64,000 nucleotides of DNA. It comes from an uncultured bacterium (GTDB taxonomy: Bacteria; Patescibacteriota; Minisyncoccia; Moranbacterales; UBA2206). Both the position numbers and the translations under genes were made by a program. The notes under the pieces were generated by a model. The model made no database searches. It worked only from the letters and a program-made list of their open reading frames with translations, and was not told the DNA's origin. This document shows positions 47,665 to 57,050 of this stretch, piece by piece; the first letter of the stretch is position 1, and every line of letters starts with the position of its first letter. The stretch lies in contig CAIKZD010000009.1 of the NCBI GenBank assembly GCA_903831805.1, forward strand, positions 145,192-209,191, in the 5' to 3' direction.

Positions 47665-48678
47665 TCATTTCCTATATCCCTCCGGTCTCCTCTCATACCA
47701 CTTCCGAAGACTCTCAATGCTATCGCGCAAAGTTTTCTTAGCTTTCCATCGGAGAACTCTTTGGGCTTTTTTCGGATTGGCGAAAATCTCGGCGTATTCG
47801 CCTTTGCGGGCCGGAGCTTTTTGTTTTTTCATTTTTATCCCAAAAACTTTTTCCACTTCGCTCACGATCTCTTTCACCGAAAATCCGCGGCCGTTGCCCA
47901 AATTGAGAATCTGATTTTGACCGCCATGTTTCAAATAATCCAGAGCGAAAAAATGTGCTTCGACCAGATCTTCCACGTCGATGTAATCACGAATAGGCGT
48001 CTTGTCAGGCGTTTTGACGGTGGGACAAGTGTAGAAAAACGGTTCAATGTTCATGGCGCCACGCACGGCATTTTGCATAAGCAGCAAAGACGGTTTTTTG
48101 CTGTCGCCAATTGTGCCGTCGCTGGCCGCGCCGCAAACATTAAAATAGCGTAGGATGACATATTTAAAATTATGCAGTTCGCCATACCATTTGAGCATCC
48201 TTTCCACTAACATTTTTGATTCGCCGTAAGGATTGGCCGGATCTTGCGGATGCAATTCGTCCACCGGCAAATATTTGGTTTCGCCGTAAGTGGCGCAGGT
48301 GGAAGAAAAAATGATTTTTTTGACATTGGCTTTTCGCATCGCTTCCAAAAGGTTGAAACTGCCCAAAACATTATTTTCAAAATATAGTTCCGGTTGTTCC
48401 ATCGATTCATTAACGGAACACAAGGCGGCAAAATGCAAGACCGCCTCAATTTCATATTTGGCAAAAACTTTTTCAATGTCTGATTTTTTCCGCAAATCAC
48501 CTTTCACAAATTCCAGCGGCCCAAGTTTTTGCAAAATTTCCAAAACTTCGCGATAGCCATGCAAAAGATTATCAAAAACCACTACCTTAAATCCTCTTTC
48601 TAAAAAAAGTTTCACGGCGTGGCTGCCGATATAGCCCGCCCCACCGGTGACTAAAATCGTTGGCTTTTTATTTGGCAT
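47665..48678 (-). CDS. galE: UDP-glucose 4-epimerase
   Basis: 337 aa. ILVTGGAGYIGSH, YxxxK, full-length GalE architecture. Confidence 0.85.
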   Translation of the reverse strand: MPNKKPTILVTGGAGYIGSHAVKLFLERGFKVVVFDNLLHGYREVLEILQKLGPLEFVKGDLRKKSDIEKVFAKYEIEAVLHFAALCSVNESMEQPELYFENNVLGSFNLLEAMRKANVKKIIFSSTCATYGETKYLPVDELHPQDPANPYGESKMLVERMLKWYGELHNFKYVILRYFNVCGAASDGTIGDSKKPSLLLMQNAVRGAMNIEPFFYTCPTVKTPDKTPIRDYIDVEDLVEAHFFALDYLKHGGQNQILNLGNGRGFSVKEIVSEVEKVFGIKMKKQKAPARKGEYAEIFANPKKAQRVLRWKAKKTLRDSIESLRKWYERRPEGYRK

Positions 48679-48724
48679 AATTTTTATTCATCATTATTAC
48701 ATTCCCATTCTACCATCTACTCAA

Positions 48725-48753
48725 TTGACATTCAAGCGCTGTGGTTTTATAAT
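48725..48753 (+). promoter_or_regulatory. consensus sigma70 promoter TTGACA-N17-TATAAT giving a leaderless transcript
   Basis: The -10 ends 6 nt before the ATG at 48760. No SD is possible. Confidence 0.6.
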
Positions 48754-48759
48754 TGGGTT

Positions 48760-49035
48760 ATGAATAACAGTGAAAATACAAAAAAAGAAATAACCCTCGA
48801 TGATTTGGCGCTAATGGTAGCCAAGGGTTTTAACGAAATAAATGAAAAGATGGATAAGCGGTTTAGGGAAGTAGCTGTGAAGATTGAGGAAACGAATGAA
48901 AAGATGGACAGAGGTTTCCGTGAAGCAAAAACCGAAAGAGAAGACATCGGAGCTGATATTAATAAGAAAGTTGACAAAATAGAACATAACACACTCACCT
49001 ATCGCGTCGAAAAACTGGAAAAGAAGTTTGCTTAA
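48760..49035 (+). CDS. small coiled-coil protein (hypothetical) with internal duplication
   Basis: 91 aa. NEKMDKRFREVAVKIEE / NEKMDRGFREAKTERED repeat. Perfect promoter upstream and a terminator downstream. Confidence 0.5.
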   Translation: MNNSENTKKEITLDDLALMVAKGFNEINEKMDKRFREVAVKIEETNEKMDRGFREAKTEREDIGADINKKVDKIEHNTLTYRVEKLEKKFA

Positions 49036-49061
49036 GGTGAGAGTTGGATTATCCAAAATAT

Positions 49062-49090
49062 GAACAGGCACCCAGTCTGTTCTTTTTTTT
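49062..49090 (+). terminator. rho-independent terminator
   Basis: gaacag-N9-ctgttc stem followed by T8. Confidence 0.65.
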
Positions 49091-49204
49091 AAAAACTTCT
49101 TAGAATTCAAGTAATAATCCTTTACAAAATCAAAATATTGTGCTAGGATGAGGTCAAATTGAACGGTGCATTTTGCACAAAAAGCCACCCAGGAGGAAAT
49201 AGCC

Positions 49205-49522
49205 ATGCCGTTAGATATGTCTGTGCTAAAAAAACACTCGTTTCAAGTGCCAATGATTGAAACATTAGCTGAGGCGATTAATGCATTAACTTTCAGCGAT
49301 AATCTGCAAAAAATCGCCGAAGCAAAAGCATTTATCATCGGCCCAAAGGGGCTTGAGAGCAATAATAAAAATATACAACTCGACACCCTAGTGCAAATCA
49401 AGCGTCTCGATAGGCTGGGCGAACATCTTCGCCACGCCATTGCCGTTTTTGAAAATAATCCGGCAAATACAGAAGTCATAGCCGAAGCCAAAAAACACCC
49501 TCCCCTTCATGTCTGTACATGA
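49205..49522 (+). CDS. hypothetical small protein
   Basis: The track ORF starts at 49166. ATG 49205 has an AGGAGG SD 8 nt upstream (MPLDMSVLKK...). Confidence 0.4.
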   Translation: MPLDMSVLKKHSFQVPMIETLAEAINALTFSDNLQKIAEAKAFIIGPKGLESNNKNIQLDTLVQIKRLDRLGEHLRHAIAVFENNPANTEVIAEAKKHPPLHVCT

Positions 49523-49541
49523 CTTGCGAAGACACGCCGAA

Positions 49542-49579
49542 AGGTATCACCGAACAATCGGGATACCTTTCTTTTTTTA
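49542..49579 (+). terminator. rho-independent terminator (plus strand)
   Basis: aggtatc-N13-gatacct followed by TTCTTTTTTT. Confidence 0.6.
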
Positions 49580-49592
49580 TCTGAAATATTTT

Positions 49593-49630
49593 GAATAAAA
49601 AACAGGCAGATAAATCAAGAGCTGCCTGTC
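49593..49630 (-). terminator. rho-independent terminator (minus strand) for the epimerase gene
   Basis: acaggcag-N12-ctgcctgt stem with a T-run on the minus strand (plus-strand aataaaaaa). Confidence 0.6.
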
Positions 49631-49656
49631 GCACTGTCATTTGACATTTGAAATTC

Positions 49657-50613
49657 CTACTTTGACATTTTATAGTATTCCTTGTACCACTCCACCCAAT
49701 TCCCAATTCCCTTTTCAATTCTGGTAGTTGGCTTCCACCCAAGCTTGCGAAGTTTCTTGATGTCCGCCACGGTGGTTGGCACGTCGCCCGGTTGCATCGG
49801 GAGCATTTTCTTCTTGGCCTTTTTGCCCATATTCTCTTCCAGCACTTCGATGTAGCGCATGAGCGTCTCTTCTTTGTCGCCGCCGATGTTCATCACACCA
49901 TAACCCTTGCACTTATCGAGCACCGTGAGCGTACCTGAGACTATATCATCAATGTACGAGAAGTTGCGGCTCATTTTGCCACGATTGAAAACATTGATCG
50001 GTTTGTCATGCGCAATGGCATCAGTAAACAGGAACAGGGCCATATCCGGTCGGCCCCAAGGACCATAAACGGTAAAGAAACGCAGGGCGGTGATATTCAG
50101 GCCGTAGATGTGATGATAGACATGGGCGATGAGCTCATCAGCTTTCTTGGACGCGGCGTAGGGCGAAATTTGCGTGTCTACGGGGTCAGTTTCGGAGAAA
50201 GGCGTCTTAGTATTATTGCCATAGACCGAAGAAGAAGACGCAAACACAAAATTTTTGATCTTATATTTCACCGCCGCTTGGAGCAGATTAAGACTGCCCA
50301 TCACATTCACGTCGAAATATAATTTGGGATTGAGCAAAGAATTGCGGACGCCCGCCATGGCGGCCAGATGGATGACTTTATCAATTTTTTCATGCTTGAA
50401 AATCTTCTCGATCAATTTCTCATCCCGAATGTCTCCGCGGTAGAGTTTGAATTTGTAACCTTTCAAAAACTTTTTGATGCGTGCTTCTTTCAGGGTCGAA
50501 TCATAATAATCGTTGAAATTATCAATGATAACCACTCGATCCCCCCGGTCCATTAATTTTTTGGCGCAAGCGCTGCCGATAAACCCCGCCCCGCCGGTAA
50601 TGAGTACTTTCAT
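49657..50613 (-). CDS. NAD-dependent epimerase/dehydratase, UDP-glucuronate 4-epimerase-like
   Basis: 318 aa. MKVLITGGAGFIGS...DNFNDYYD...YAASK. Length and motifs resemble Cap1J/GAE-type UDP-GlcA epimerases. Confidence 0.65.
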   Translation of the reverse strand: MKVLITGGAGFIGSACAKKLMDRGDRVVIIDNFNDYYDSTLKEARIKKFLKGYKFKLYRGDIRDEKLIEKIFKHEKIDKVIHLAAMAGVRNSLLNPKLYFDVNVMGSLNLLQAAVKYKIKNFVFASSSSVYGNNTKTPFSETDPVDTQISPYAASKKADELIAHVYHHIYGLNITALRFFTVYGPWGRPDMALFLFTDAIAHDKPINVFNRGKMSRNFSYIDDIVSGTLTVLDKCKGYGVMNIGGDKEETLMRYIEVLEENMGKKAKKKMLPMQPGDVPTTVADIKKLRKLGWKPTTRIEKGIGNWVEWYKEYYKMSK

Positions 50614-50654
50614 ATTAGTTTCTTAGTTGATTAGTTTCTTCGTTAATTAGGTAA

Positions 50655-50782
50655 AAAGCCGAGCTTTAAGCGGTGGACTTTTTTATGTAATCGAAAAGCT
50701 TGGCTTTAAATGCTAACCGCCCCCAGTCCCAAAGTTGAACTTTTCACTCGCACTGAAACACACGTCGTCTAAAGTTCAACTT
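50655..50782. promoter_or_regulatory. array of four palindromic operator-like sites spaced ~40 nt apart
   Basis: AAAGC-N3-GCTTT at 50655-50667 and 50695-50707. AAGTT-N-AACTT at 50732-50742 and 50772-50782. An outer inverted repeat gccgagctt/aagctcgg also flanks the array. Confidence 0.5.
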
Positions 50783-50799
50783 TTTGAATAAGCTCGGAC

Positions 50800-50828
50800 T
50801 TGTTATACCTCAATTTTATTAGTATAAT
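50800..50828 (+). promoter_or_regulatory. sigma70-like promoter TTGTTA-N17-TATAAT, leaderless
   Basis: The -10 ends 6 nt before the ATG at 50835. Confidence 0.5.
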
Positions 50829-50834
50829 AGATTT

Positions 50835-52286
50835 ATGTCAAAGACCGTTTTTATGCAAAAATTGCGTACGAATCCGAGCCTGCTTTTGGGGCTGATTTTG
50901 GCTGCCTTCTTTTTGAAAGAAGTCTTTTTGGCTGACATTTTTCCAATGTTCACCGGGCAAGATGAAGCACGGCACTATAACACTGTTCAATATTTGGCCT
51001 ATCCTCACGTGATAATGGAAAAACCGACGGCGGAACAGAATAAAGATCTGCTGGAAACTTATAATTTTTCCACTGAGATAAAAAATACTATTGTGGCGGC
51101 GGGATTGGACGCCAATCGGGACAATGCTTTTGATAAGATGAATTTCGCCCCGGACAGTTTCATCGGCCAAAATGAAAATGAGATTAATGGGCGTATTTGG
51201 GCTCCCGTCAATCAAATCAATCCACCGGACATCGCCGGCACCACTTCGCTCTATCATAAACTGGCGGCTTTCATTGAAAAAGCTTTGGCCGGCCAAAGTA
51301 TCTTAATTAGATTCTACGCCGCGCGAATTTTTTCTATCCTGCTTGGCACCTTGGCCCTATTTTTTTTCTATCTGATTATCAAAAATTGCGGCTTTGTAGA
51401 TAAGACCGCCCTCGCTATGACCACTCTCATTTCTTTCCAACCGCGCTTTTCCATTTATTATGTTTCCGTCAACTATGACGCCCTACTCATTTTGGCCTTT
51501 GCTGTTTTTGCCTGGGCCGGCACGTTGCTCCTAAAAAACGGCGCTTCGTGGAAAAATCTCAGTCTCCTCGCCGCGTCCGCGCTGCTCGGATATTTTGATA
51601 AGGGCACCGGTATCGTCCTGATTGTGATTTTTATTTTTATCATGGCCTGGCTTTTCTGGCAACGCTTCAGCGCTAAGGGGAAAAATTTCCAATATTTATC
51701 TTTAGCGGTTTTTGCCTTGGCCGCCGCCCTCATTCTTTATGCCTTTGGCAGTTACTTGCCGCTCAATGGCGGCCAAGATCCATTGGGCATCCTTGGTTCA
51801 TTGTGGCAATATTTTTCCAAAACCCTAACCCTCGGAAGATTGTCTTTGACCTCACGAACATACTGGGGCTCACTCGGTTGGACGGACAGTGCCCTCTTGG
51901 ACTACGCCGTCAATTTCATCTGGCTCATTGAAGCGGCCGCGCTCGGCGGCTTGCTTTGGTTCCTATTCTCCAAAAACCCACCGAAGCATCTGCCTCAGAA
52001 AAAATACATTCTCTTCGCCCTCACCATGGTTGTCGCTCTGCAGCTCGGCATCCGCTTGGCTGATTGGAAATATGTCGCTGGGACTGGAAAAATTGCCCTA
52101 GGCGCGCCCGGCCGCTATTTCATTCCCAATCTCGTATCGCATATCATCCTAGTGTTCACCGGTCTCGGGATGCTGCTGCGCAAAAAAGAATATTTGGAAG
52201 ACGCCCTGGTGCTCGGGGCTGTGTTGATGTTTTCTTTCTCGGCCTATTTGATTTTTAACGTCATAATTTTCCGTTTCTATCTATAA
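50835..52286 (+). CDS. polytopic membrane protein (DUF2142-like / putative GT-C-fold)
   Basis: 483 aa, about 11 TM helices, large first external loop. Confidence 0.4.
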   Translation: MSKTVFMQKLRTNPSLLLGLILAAFFLKEVFLADIFPMFTGQDEARHYNTVQYLAYPHVIMEKPTAEQNKDLLETYNFSTEIKNTIVAAGLDANRDNAFDKMNFAPDSFIGQNENEINGRIWAPVNQINPPDIAGTTSLYHKLAAFIEKALAGQSILIRFYAARIFSILLGTLALFFFYLIIKNCGFVDKTALAMTTLISFQPRFSIYYVSVNYDALLILAFAVFAWAGTLLLKNGASWKNLSLLAASALLGYFDKGTGIVLIVIFIFIMAWLFWQRFSAKGKNFQYLSLAVFALAAALILYAFGSYLPLNGGQDPLGILGSLWQYFSKTLTLGRLSLTSRTYWGSLGWTDSALLDYAVNFIWLIEAAALGGLLWFLFSKNPPKHLPQKKYILFALTMVVALQLGIRLADWKYVAGTGKIALGAPGRYFIPNLVSHIILVFTGLGMLLRKKEYLEDALVLGAVLMFSFSAYLIFNVIIFRFYL

Positions 52287-52289
52287 CCT

Positions 52290-52958
52290 ATGCTGCCACA
52301 TTCCAAAAAAATTATTCTCGCCATCCTTGCCCTGTTTTTGTTAGGCCTCTTTTGGCGCTTCTCTACCCTGCTCTATTTCCCCGCTTCCGGCAGTTTCTTG
52401 GAGAAAGGCGATCTGGCCAAGCTTCATCCGAAAGAAACCCTGCAGCAAAATTTTACCGTCGAAAATAACGACTTAGCTAAGGTGGAAATCATTCTGCGCA
52501 GTCCAGGCATCGCGCCAGGTGACCGGGCTGAAGCTAAATTGCTGGACGGAAATTGTCAAAAAACTTTACGGACCGGCTTTTTGGAAAACTCTTTTTTGAG
52601 TTCCAATAATCTGTACGACTTCACTTTTCCTATCATTCCTAATTCTAAAAATCAAACTTACTGTCTGGCGTTAACCTTCCTGTCACAAAAATCCACCAGC
52701 CACAGTTTGCTCTTCTTTTCGCACCCGGAAGCGGGCAGCCAGTTTGAAAATACCACCACCAAAGAAGTTTTTCCTGACCAAACCCTGTCCTTCCGCTTGG
52801 TCTACAAAAATTCTTCTTTCTGGAAAAATCTGGACGAACTCAATCAGCGGATTTCCCAATATAAACCGCTCCTGCTGAAATCGATTTATCTCGATCTGAT
52901 TGCCGGCGGATTCTTGCTTCTTTCTCTGCTTTTGCTCATTGCTCTGCTTTTTTTGTAA
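52290..52958 (+). CDS. bitopic membrane protein (hypothetical)
   Basis: 222 aa. TM helices at both the N- and C-termini. Confidence 0.4.
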   Translation: MLPHSKKIILAILALFLLGLFWRFSTLLYFPASGSFLEKGDLAKLHPKETLQQNFTVENNDLAKVEIILRSPGIAPGDRAEAKLLDGNCQKTLRTGFLENSFLSSNNLYDFTFPIIPNSKNQTYCLALTFLSQKSTSHSLLFFSHPEAGSQFENTTTKEVFPDQTLSFRLVYKNSSFWKNLDELNQRISQYKPLLLKSIYLDLIAGGFLLLSLLLLIALLFL

Positions 52959-52982
52959 TTTCCCTAGTCGTTTTTTCACTCT

Positions 52983-53010
52983 TGCGAACAAAATACGAGT
53001 GATATATAAT
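52983..53010 (+). promoter_or_regulatory. sigma70-like promoter TTGCGA-N16-TATAAT
   Basis: Sits 35 nt upstream of the ATG at 53045. Confidence 0.5.
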
Positions 53011-53044
53011 GGCATAGATAAGTAATTTAATTAAACGAAAAAAT

Positions 53045-53611
53045 ATGGATCCAAAAACCATGAATCTTGAAGGAAAAGTCCTGGGCTATGAAAAGAAAAC
53101 CTTGGCGGTCATAGCTATCGCAGTTATCGGCGCCGCTGTATTCTTTTATGCCGGAGCTAAATATGAGAAGCATAAACTGTCCGCCTTAGGACTTTTAGCC
53201 AATTCCAAATCATCTTCCAGCGCTTCCAAAAAGGCTGCTGCAGCCAATTCTTTGAAAGGCACGGTGACTGCGAAAGATGACAAGAGCGTCACAATCAAAC
53301 TGGCAGACGACACCGAAAAAACTATCCAGTTCGGAAATGGAATGACCTTTGGAAAATCCGGCACACTCACTGCAGCCGAAATCAGCGTAGGTGGAATCGT
53401 GGTAATTACCGGAGAAAATAATGCTGACGGAACTTTTGTCGCGACCAACATCCGCGCTTCTAAAAAATCGCTCGCGGCTCCCGCAACAACCGCTCCCAAT
53501 GGCACAACCACTGTTCCCGGTGCTACAATCGCACCCGACAAGACTGCTACTCCCGGCACTGCGGCGCCCGTGGCCCCAAAATCCACTACTCCTGCTCCAA
53601 CCGCTTACTAG
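53045..53611 (+). CDS. membrane-anchored secreted protein with Ala/Thr/Pro-rich tail (DUF5666-like), hypothetical
   Basis: 188 aa. N-terminal TM, beta-rich middle, low-complexity C-terminus. Confidence 0.45.
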   Translation: MDPKTMNLEGKVLGYEKKTLAVIAIAVIGAAVFFYAGAKYEKHKLSALGLLANSKSSSSASKKAAAANSLKGTVTAKDDKSVTIKLADDTEKTIQFGNGMTFGKSGTLTAAEISVGGIVVITGENNADGTFVATNIRASKKSLAAPATTAPNGTTTVPGATIAPDKTATPGTAAPVAPKSTTPAPTAY

Positions 53612-53633
53612 AAAACTTCTCAGGATTGAAAAA

Positions 53634-53669
53634 ATCACCCCGACATAGCGTTGGGGTGATTTTTTATTT
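53634..53669. terminator. bidirectional rho-independent terminator
   Basis: atcacccc-N11-ggggtgat stem flanked by A6 upstream and T5ATTT downstream. Lies between convergent genes. Confidence 0.7.
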
Positions 53670-53716
53670 GCATTGTTCTTATTCGTATATTCGTACACAT
53701 TCGTAATTCGTAAAGA

Positions 53717-55138
53717 CTACTGGAATTCGAATTTCAAATCGTTATTCAAAGTTTGTATTTGCTGATAGGTCTTGCCATCCTTGGTTTTGAGGTTGACCGT
53801 CACCGGCACACCTTCCACACCGGATTGTTTCTGGATGAGTAGGCTATAATTATTCACATCAAAGCCTGGCGGCAATTGATAGACAACTGTCCCATCAGTC
53901 TCCCCGCCGATCAGAACATCGCATTTGAAACCGAAATAGGTCTTGCCAAATTCATCCCCTTCGGCGATCTTACTGACCATATGATTACTGACAAAAGTTG
54001 AGCCGAGCGGTGCGTAGACCCGCACATAAGAATGATAGTCACTAGTGCGCCAATCGCCCTGCGTGGCTGTGTTGGCATATTTAAGATTAAGTGTCACTGT
54101 CGGACGATCAGTCGTCAAATCGATGTTATATTCCACTGTCCGCTTCATATAATAGTCAGTTTTGAGTGCGCCCATATTGGCGTCCACCATCATCAGATAA
54201 TCCGCCTTCCAATCTTGACTGACTTTGCCATCCCAGTGCACACTTTCCACGGCCGCTTGCAGAGCAGTATCTTTAAAATTAACCATGACATTCCTATTTT
54301 GAAATTCTTTATGGGCCAGGTCGGCCAACTTGGAAATATTGCCTAGACTGAAAAGTTTATCAACGAGCGCCGGCGCTAAATCTTTCATAATGTTTTTCCG
54401 GTTCTGCGTATCCACGCCCGGATTGGCCAGATAATATTTTTCCACGTATTCTTCCAGCTTGAGTGCGCCGTCTGTTCCGGCAAAAGTAATGTTATACCCG
54501 GGCACCGTGATCGGACCGGTCAGATTCAAAATATCATTGAAAACATCCGTGTCCACCGCAATCACCCCGTCAAAATCGCCTCCTCGCCCTGAGAGGTGAT
54601 AAAAATATTGCGCCTTAGCCACGTTAGTCGGAAAGTCCGGCGAGAAATTGGAGTCGCGAAATTTCCAATTCTTGAGCCCGAGCATCCGCACTATCGGACC
54701 CGGCGGCGTAACTTTCGCCGTAATTCTTTGATCTAGCAGATTGGCGTCCTCCACAAAAGTAGACACTACTTTCCCGTTCTGGATTTTAATGATGGCATAT
54801 TGACCTAAAAATCCTCCGCCCGGCCTGAGCTCCATATTATTTTGCAACATGACCATAAAAGTTCTGGTCTGATTGTTATTCTCCGTGAAGGCTTGAACCA
54901 AAGTGTTCATGACATCCAATTCTTTTTTTTCATCCGCCGGAATCGGCAAGAATTTGGAAAGACCATTTAGGGCTGCGAGCGATTTTATACCGATAAGGGT
55001 TTTATTAGATTTAGCGAAGTTAAATAAATAAAAAGATCCCCCGAGAAAAATCATGACTAGGGTGGTAATGATGGTTTTCTTCCGGGTCCAATTATTGACC
55101 AGTGTGGAGAAAATGCTTTTTATTTTAGCTATATTCAT
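53717..55138 (-). CDS. DUF4012-family membrane-anchored extracytoplasmic protein
   Basis: 473 aa. N-terminal TM. ELRPGGGFLGQYAII signature. Confidence 0.55.
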   Translation of the reverse strand: MNIAKIKSIFSTLVNNWTRKKTIITTLVMIFLGGSFYLFNFAKSNKTLIGIKSLAALNGLSKFLPIPADEKKELDVMNTLVQAFTENNNQTRTFMVMLQNNMELRPGGGFLGQYAIIKIQNGKVVSTFVEDANLLDQRITAKVTPPGPIVRMLGLKNWKFRDSNFSPDFPTNVAKAQYFYHLSGRGGDFDGVIAVDTDVFNDILNLTGPITVPGYNITFAGTDGALKLEEYVEKYYLANPGVDTQNRKNIMKDLAPALVDKLFSLGNISKLADLAHKEFQNRNVMVNFKDTALQAAVESVHWDGKVSQDWKADYLMMVDANMGALKTDYYMKRTVEYNIDLTTDRPTVTLNLKYANTATQGDWRTSDYHSYVRVYAPLGSTFVSNHMVSKIAEGDEFGKTYFGFKCDVLIGGETDGTVVYQLPPGFDVNNYSLLIQKQSGVEGVPVTVNLKTKDGKTYQQIQTLNNDLKFEFQ

Positions 55139-55207
55139 AAAAAATAATTACTTTTTTAGATTAGATATTTATCCCATATCTTTATATTCTAGATTAAGAT
55201 TTCGATA

Positions 55208-55236
55208 TTGGCAAAGGGCCGTTTTGGGGTTATAAT
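55208..55236 (+). promoter_or_regulatory. sigma70-like promoter TTGGCA-N17-TATAAT, leaderless
   Basis: The track ORF start (TTG 55208) is the -35 box itself. The ATG at 55244 lies 7 nt after the -10. Confidence 0.5.
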
Positions 55237-55243
55237 GGCTATA

Positions 55244-57037
55244 ATGAAAAAGATGAGTGTTATGAAAAAAATCGACAATATTACGCCCTTTTCCTGCATG
55301 GGCATCGCTTTGGTGGCTTTTTCTTGGCTGGCTTTTTTCTTGGCTGTTTTTGGACTATTTCGAGCCTGGATTATTATCCTGTTGGCCATCGGCCTACTGG
55401 CCGCTTTTGGTTATGCCATCTTCCGCTGGCAGAAGAAAGCCCGTCTCAGTTGGGATTTTTCCCTGGTCCTTATCGCTTCACTCTTAGCCGTACTTATTTT
55501 TTCTCATTTCACAAGCCCCACAATTTTCACCGGACGCGATCAGGGTTCCCTCTCCAATGCCGCCATCAGCCTGGCGGAAAACCATAAACTCACCTCTAGT
55601 TTTCCAGCGGAAAAAGAATTCTTCAAAATCTACGGCGCGGGCGAGGCCCTCAATTTTCCCGGCTTCTACTATACGAGAAGCGGAGATTTAATTTCACAAT
55701 TTCCCATCGGCTACACTGCCTACTTGGCCGCCTTCTACGCCATGTTCGGACTCACCGGACTGATTGTCGCCAACGCTTGCGCTTTCTTTCTTTTCCTGCT
55801 CTCTTTCTATACTATAGCCAAAAAATATCTCGAGCCGAAACCGGCCTTAGTCGCCTTGGCCGCCATCGTCACCTCTTTCGTTTTTTCTTGGTTTTTCAAA
55901 TTCACCTTAAGCGAAAATTTGGCCCTCGCTCTTCTGTGGTTCGGACTTTCTCAATTCTTGATTTTCCTGGAAGAAGAGGATTGGAAAAACCTCCTCGTCT
56001 CCTTACTTTCTTTCGGACTACTGCTGTTCGTCCGAGTCGAAACAATTGCTTTTTTGGCAGTCATGGCTCTTATGCTCTTTTTGAAATACAAGAAGCATAA
56101 ACCAACATTTAAAAAAATTTTTTTGCGCCGAGAAATCCTAGCGGCGGCGTCTCTCATTGTTCTGGCTTTTTTGATCAGCCTCGTTGCCAGTAGCGCTTTC
56201 TACATCACCTTTTTCAAAGGCTTTCTTAATTCTTTCTTGGACAAAGGCGACCCATCCGGAGTGGCCCATCCCCTTATAACCAGCACGCTCTATATCCTGC
56301 GCGTTTTTGCTACGTATGCTATTTTGACATACCTCCTGCTCGCCCTCGCAGCGCTCTTCTATTTTTTAAAGAAAAAAGAATTCGAAAAACTCACTCCCTA
56401 TTTCATCCTATTGCCGGCGTTTGTCTACCTTATCCATCCGAGTGTTTCCCTGGATCATCCCTGGATGCTCAGACGTTTTGTTTTTGCCGTCATTCCGACC
56501 TGCATCCTCTATTCCATCATTTTCCTGAAAGACCTGCTGAAAAAAGATGTAATTTTTTATATCTTCTCATTTTTTCTACTGTTGACCAATCTAATGATCT
56601 TTTCGCCCCTTCTCGGCGTCCAAGAAAATCCCACTCTCCTGCCGCAACTTGGGGCTCTGAGCCGGAACTTCCAGGATAATGATCTAATCCTGGTGGATCG
56701 CGGTGCCACGGGCAATCCGTGGGCAATGATGGCCGGCCCCCTAAATCTAATCTTTAAAAAACAAGCCGTCTATTTTTTCAATCCGGAGGACTTGAAAAAA
56801 ATCGACCTGACCAAATTCAATAAAGTCTATCTTATTATTCCTGACGACAATCTTAACGCCTATGAAAAAAGCGGCCTTTTGGCCAATCTAATCACCACTA
56901 AAAGCTACTCCTTGGAAAATTTAGCCCTGAACGAAACCGATCGAACCAGGAAAGAAATCTATACCAGTCCCGTCATTGTGCCGTCTTATCTCAAAAATTA
57001 TATCTATGGTAAAATATATCTATTAAGACAGCCATAA
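55244..57037 (+). CDS. polytopic membrane protein (putative GT-C-like / DUF2142-like)
   Basis: About 597 aa, more than 12 TM helices. Start revised from the track ORF 55208. Confidence 0.45.
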   Translation: MKKMSVMKKIDNITPFSCMGIALVAFSWLAFFLAVFGLFRAWIIILLAIGLLAAFGYAIFRWQKKARLSWDFSLVLIASLLAVLIFSHFTSPTIFTGRDQGSLSNAAISLAENHKLTSSFPAEKEFFKIYGAGEALNFPGFYYTRSGDLISQFPIGYTAYLAAFYAMFGLTGLIVANACAFFLFLLSFYTIAKKYLEPKPALVALAAIVTSFVFSWFFKFTLSENLALALLWFGLSQFLIFLEEEDWKNLLVSLLSFGLLLFVRVETIAFLAVMALMLFLKYKKHKPTFKKIFLRREILAAASLIVLAFLISLVASSAFYITFFKGFLNSFLDKGDPSGVAHPLITSTLYILRVFATYAILTYLLLALAALFYFLKKKEFEKLTPYFILLPAFVYLIHPSVSLDHPWMLRRFVFAVIPTCILYSIIFLKDLLKKDVIFYIFSFFLLLTNLMIFSPLLGVQENPTLLPQLGALSRNFQDNDLILVDRGATGNPWAMMAGPLNLIFKKQAVYFFNPEDLKKIDLTKFNKVYLIIPDDNLNAYEKSGLLANLITTKSYSLENLALNETDRTRKEIYTSPVIVPSYLKNYIYGKIYLLRQP

Positions 57038-57050
57038 TCGATTCAGAGCT

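Noticed and set aside
53146-53698. Minus-strand ORFs 53146..53586 and 53210..53698
   Set aside because: They are antisense to the Ala/Thr/Pro-rich gene 53045..53611. GC-rich low-complexity coding regions routinely create long antisense ORFs.
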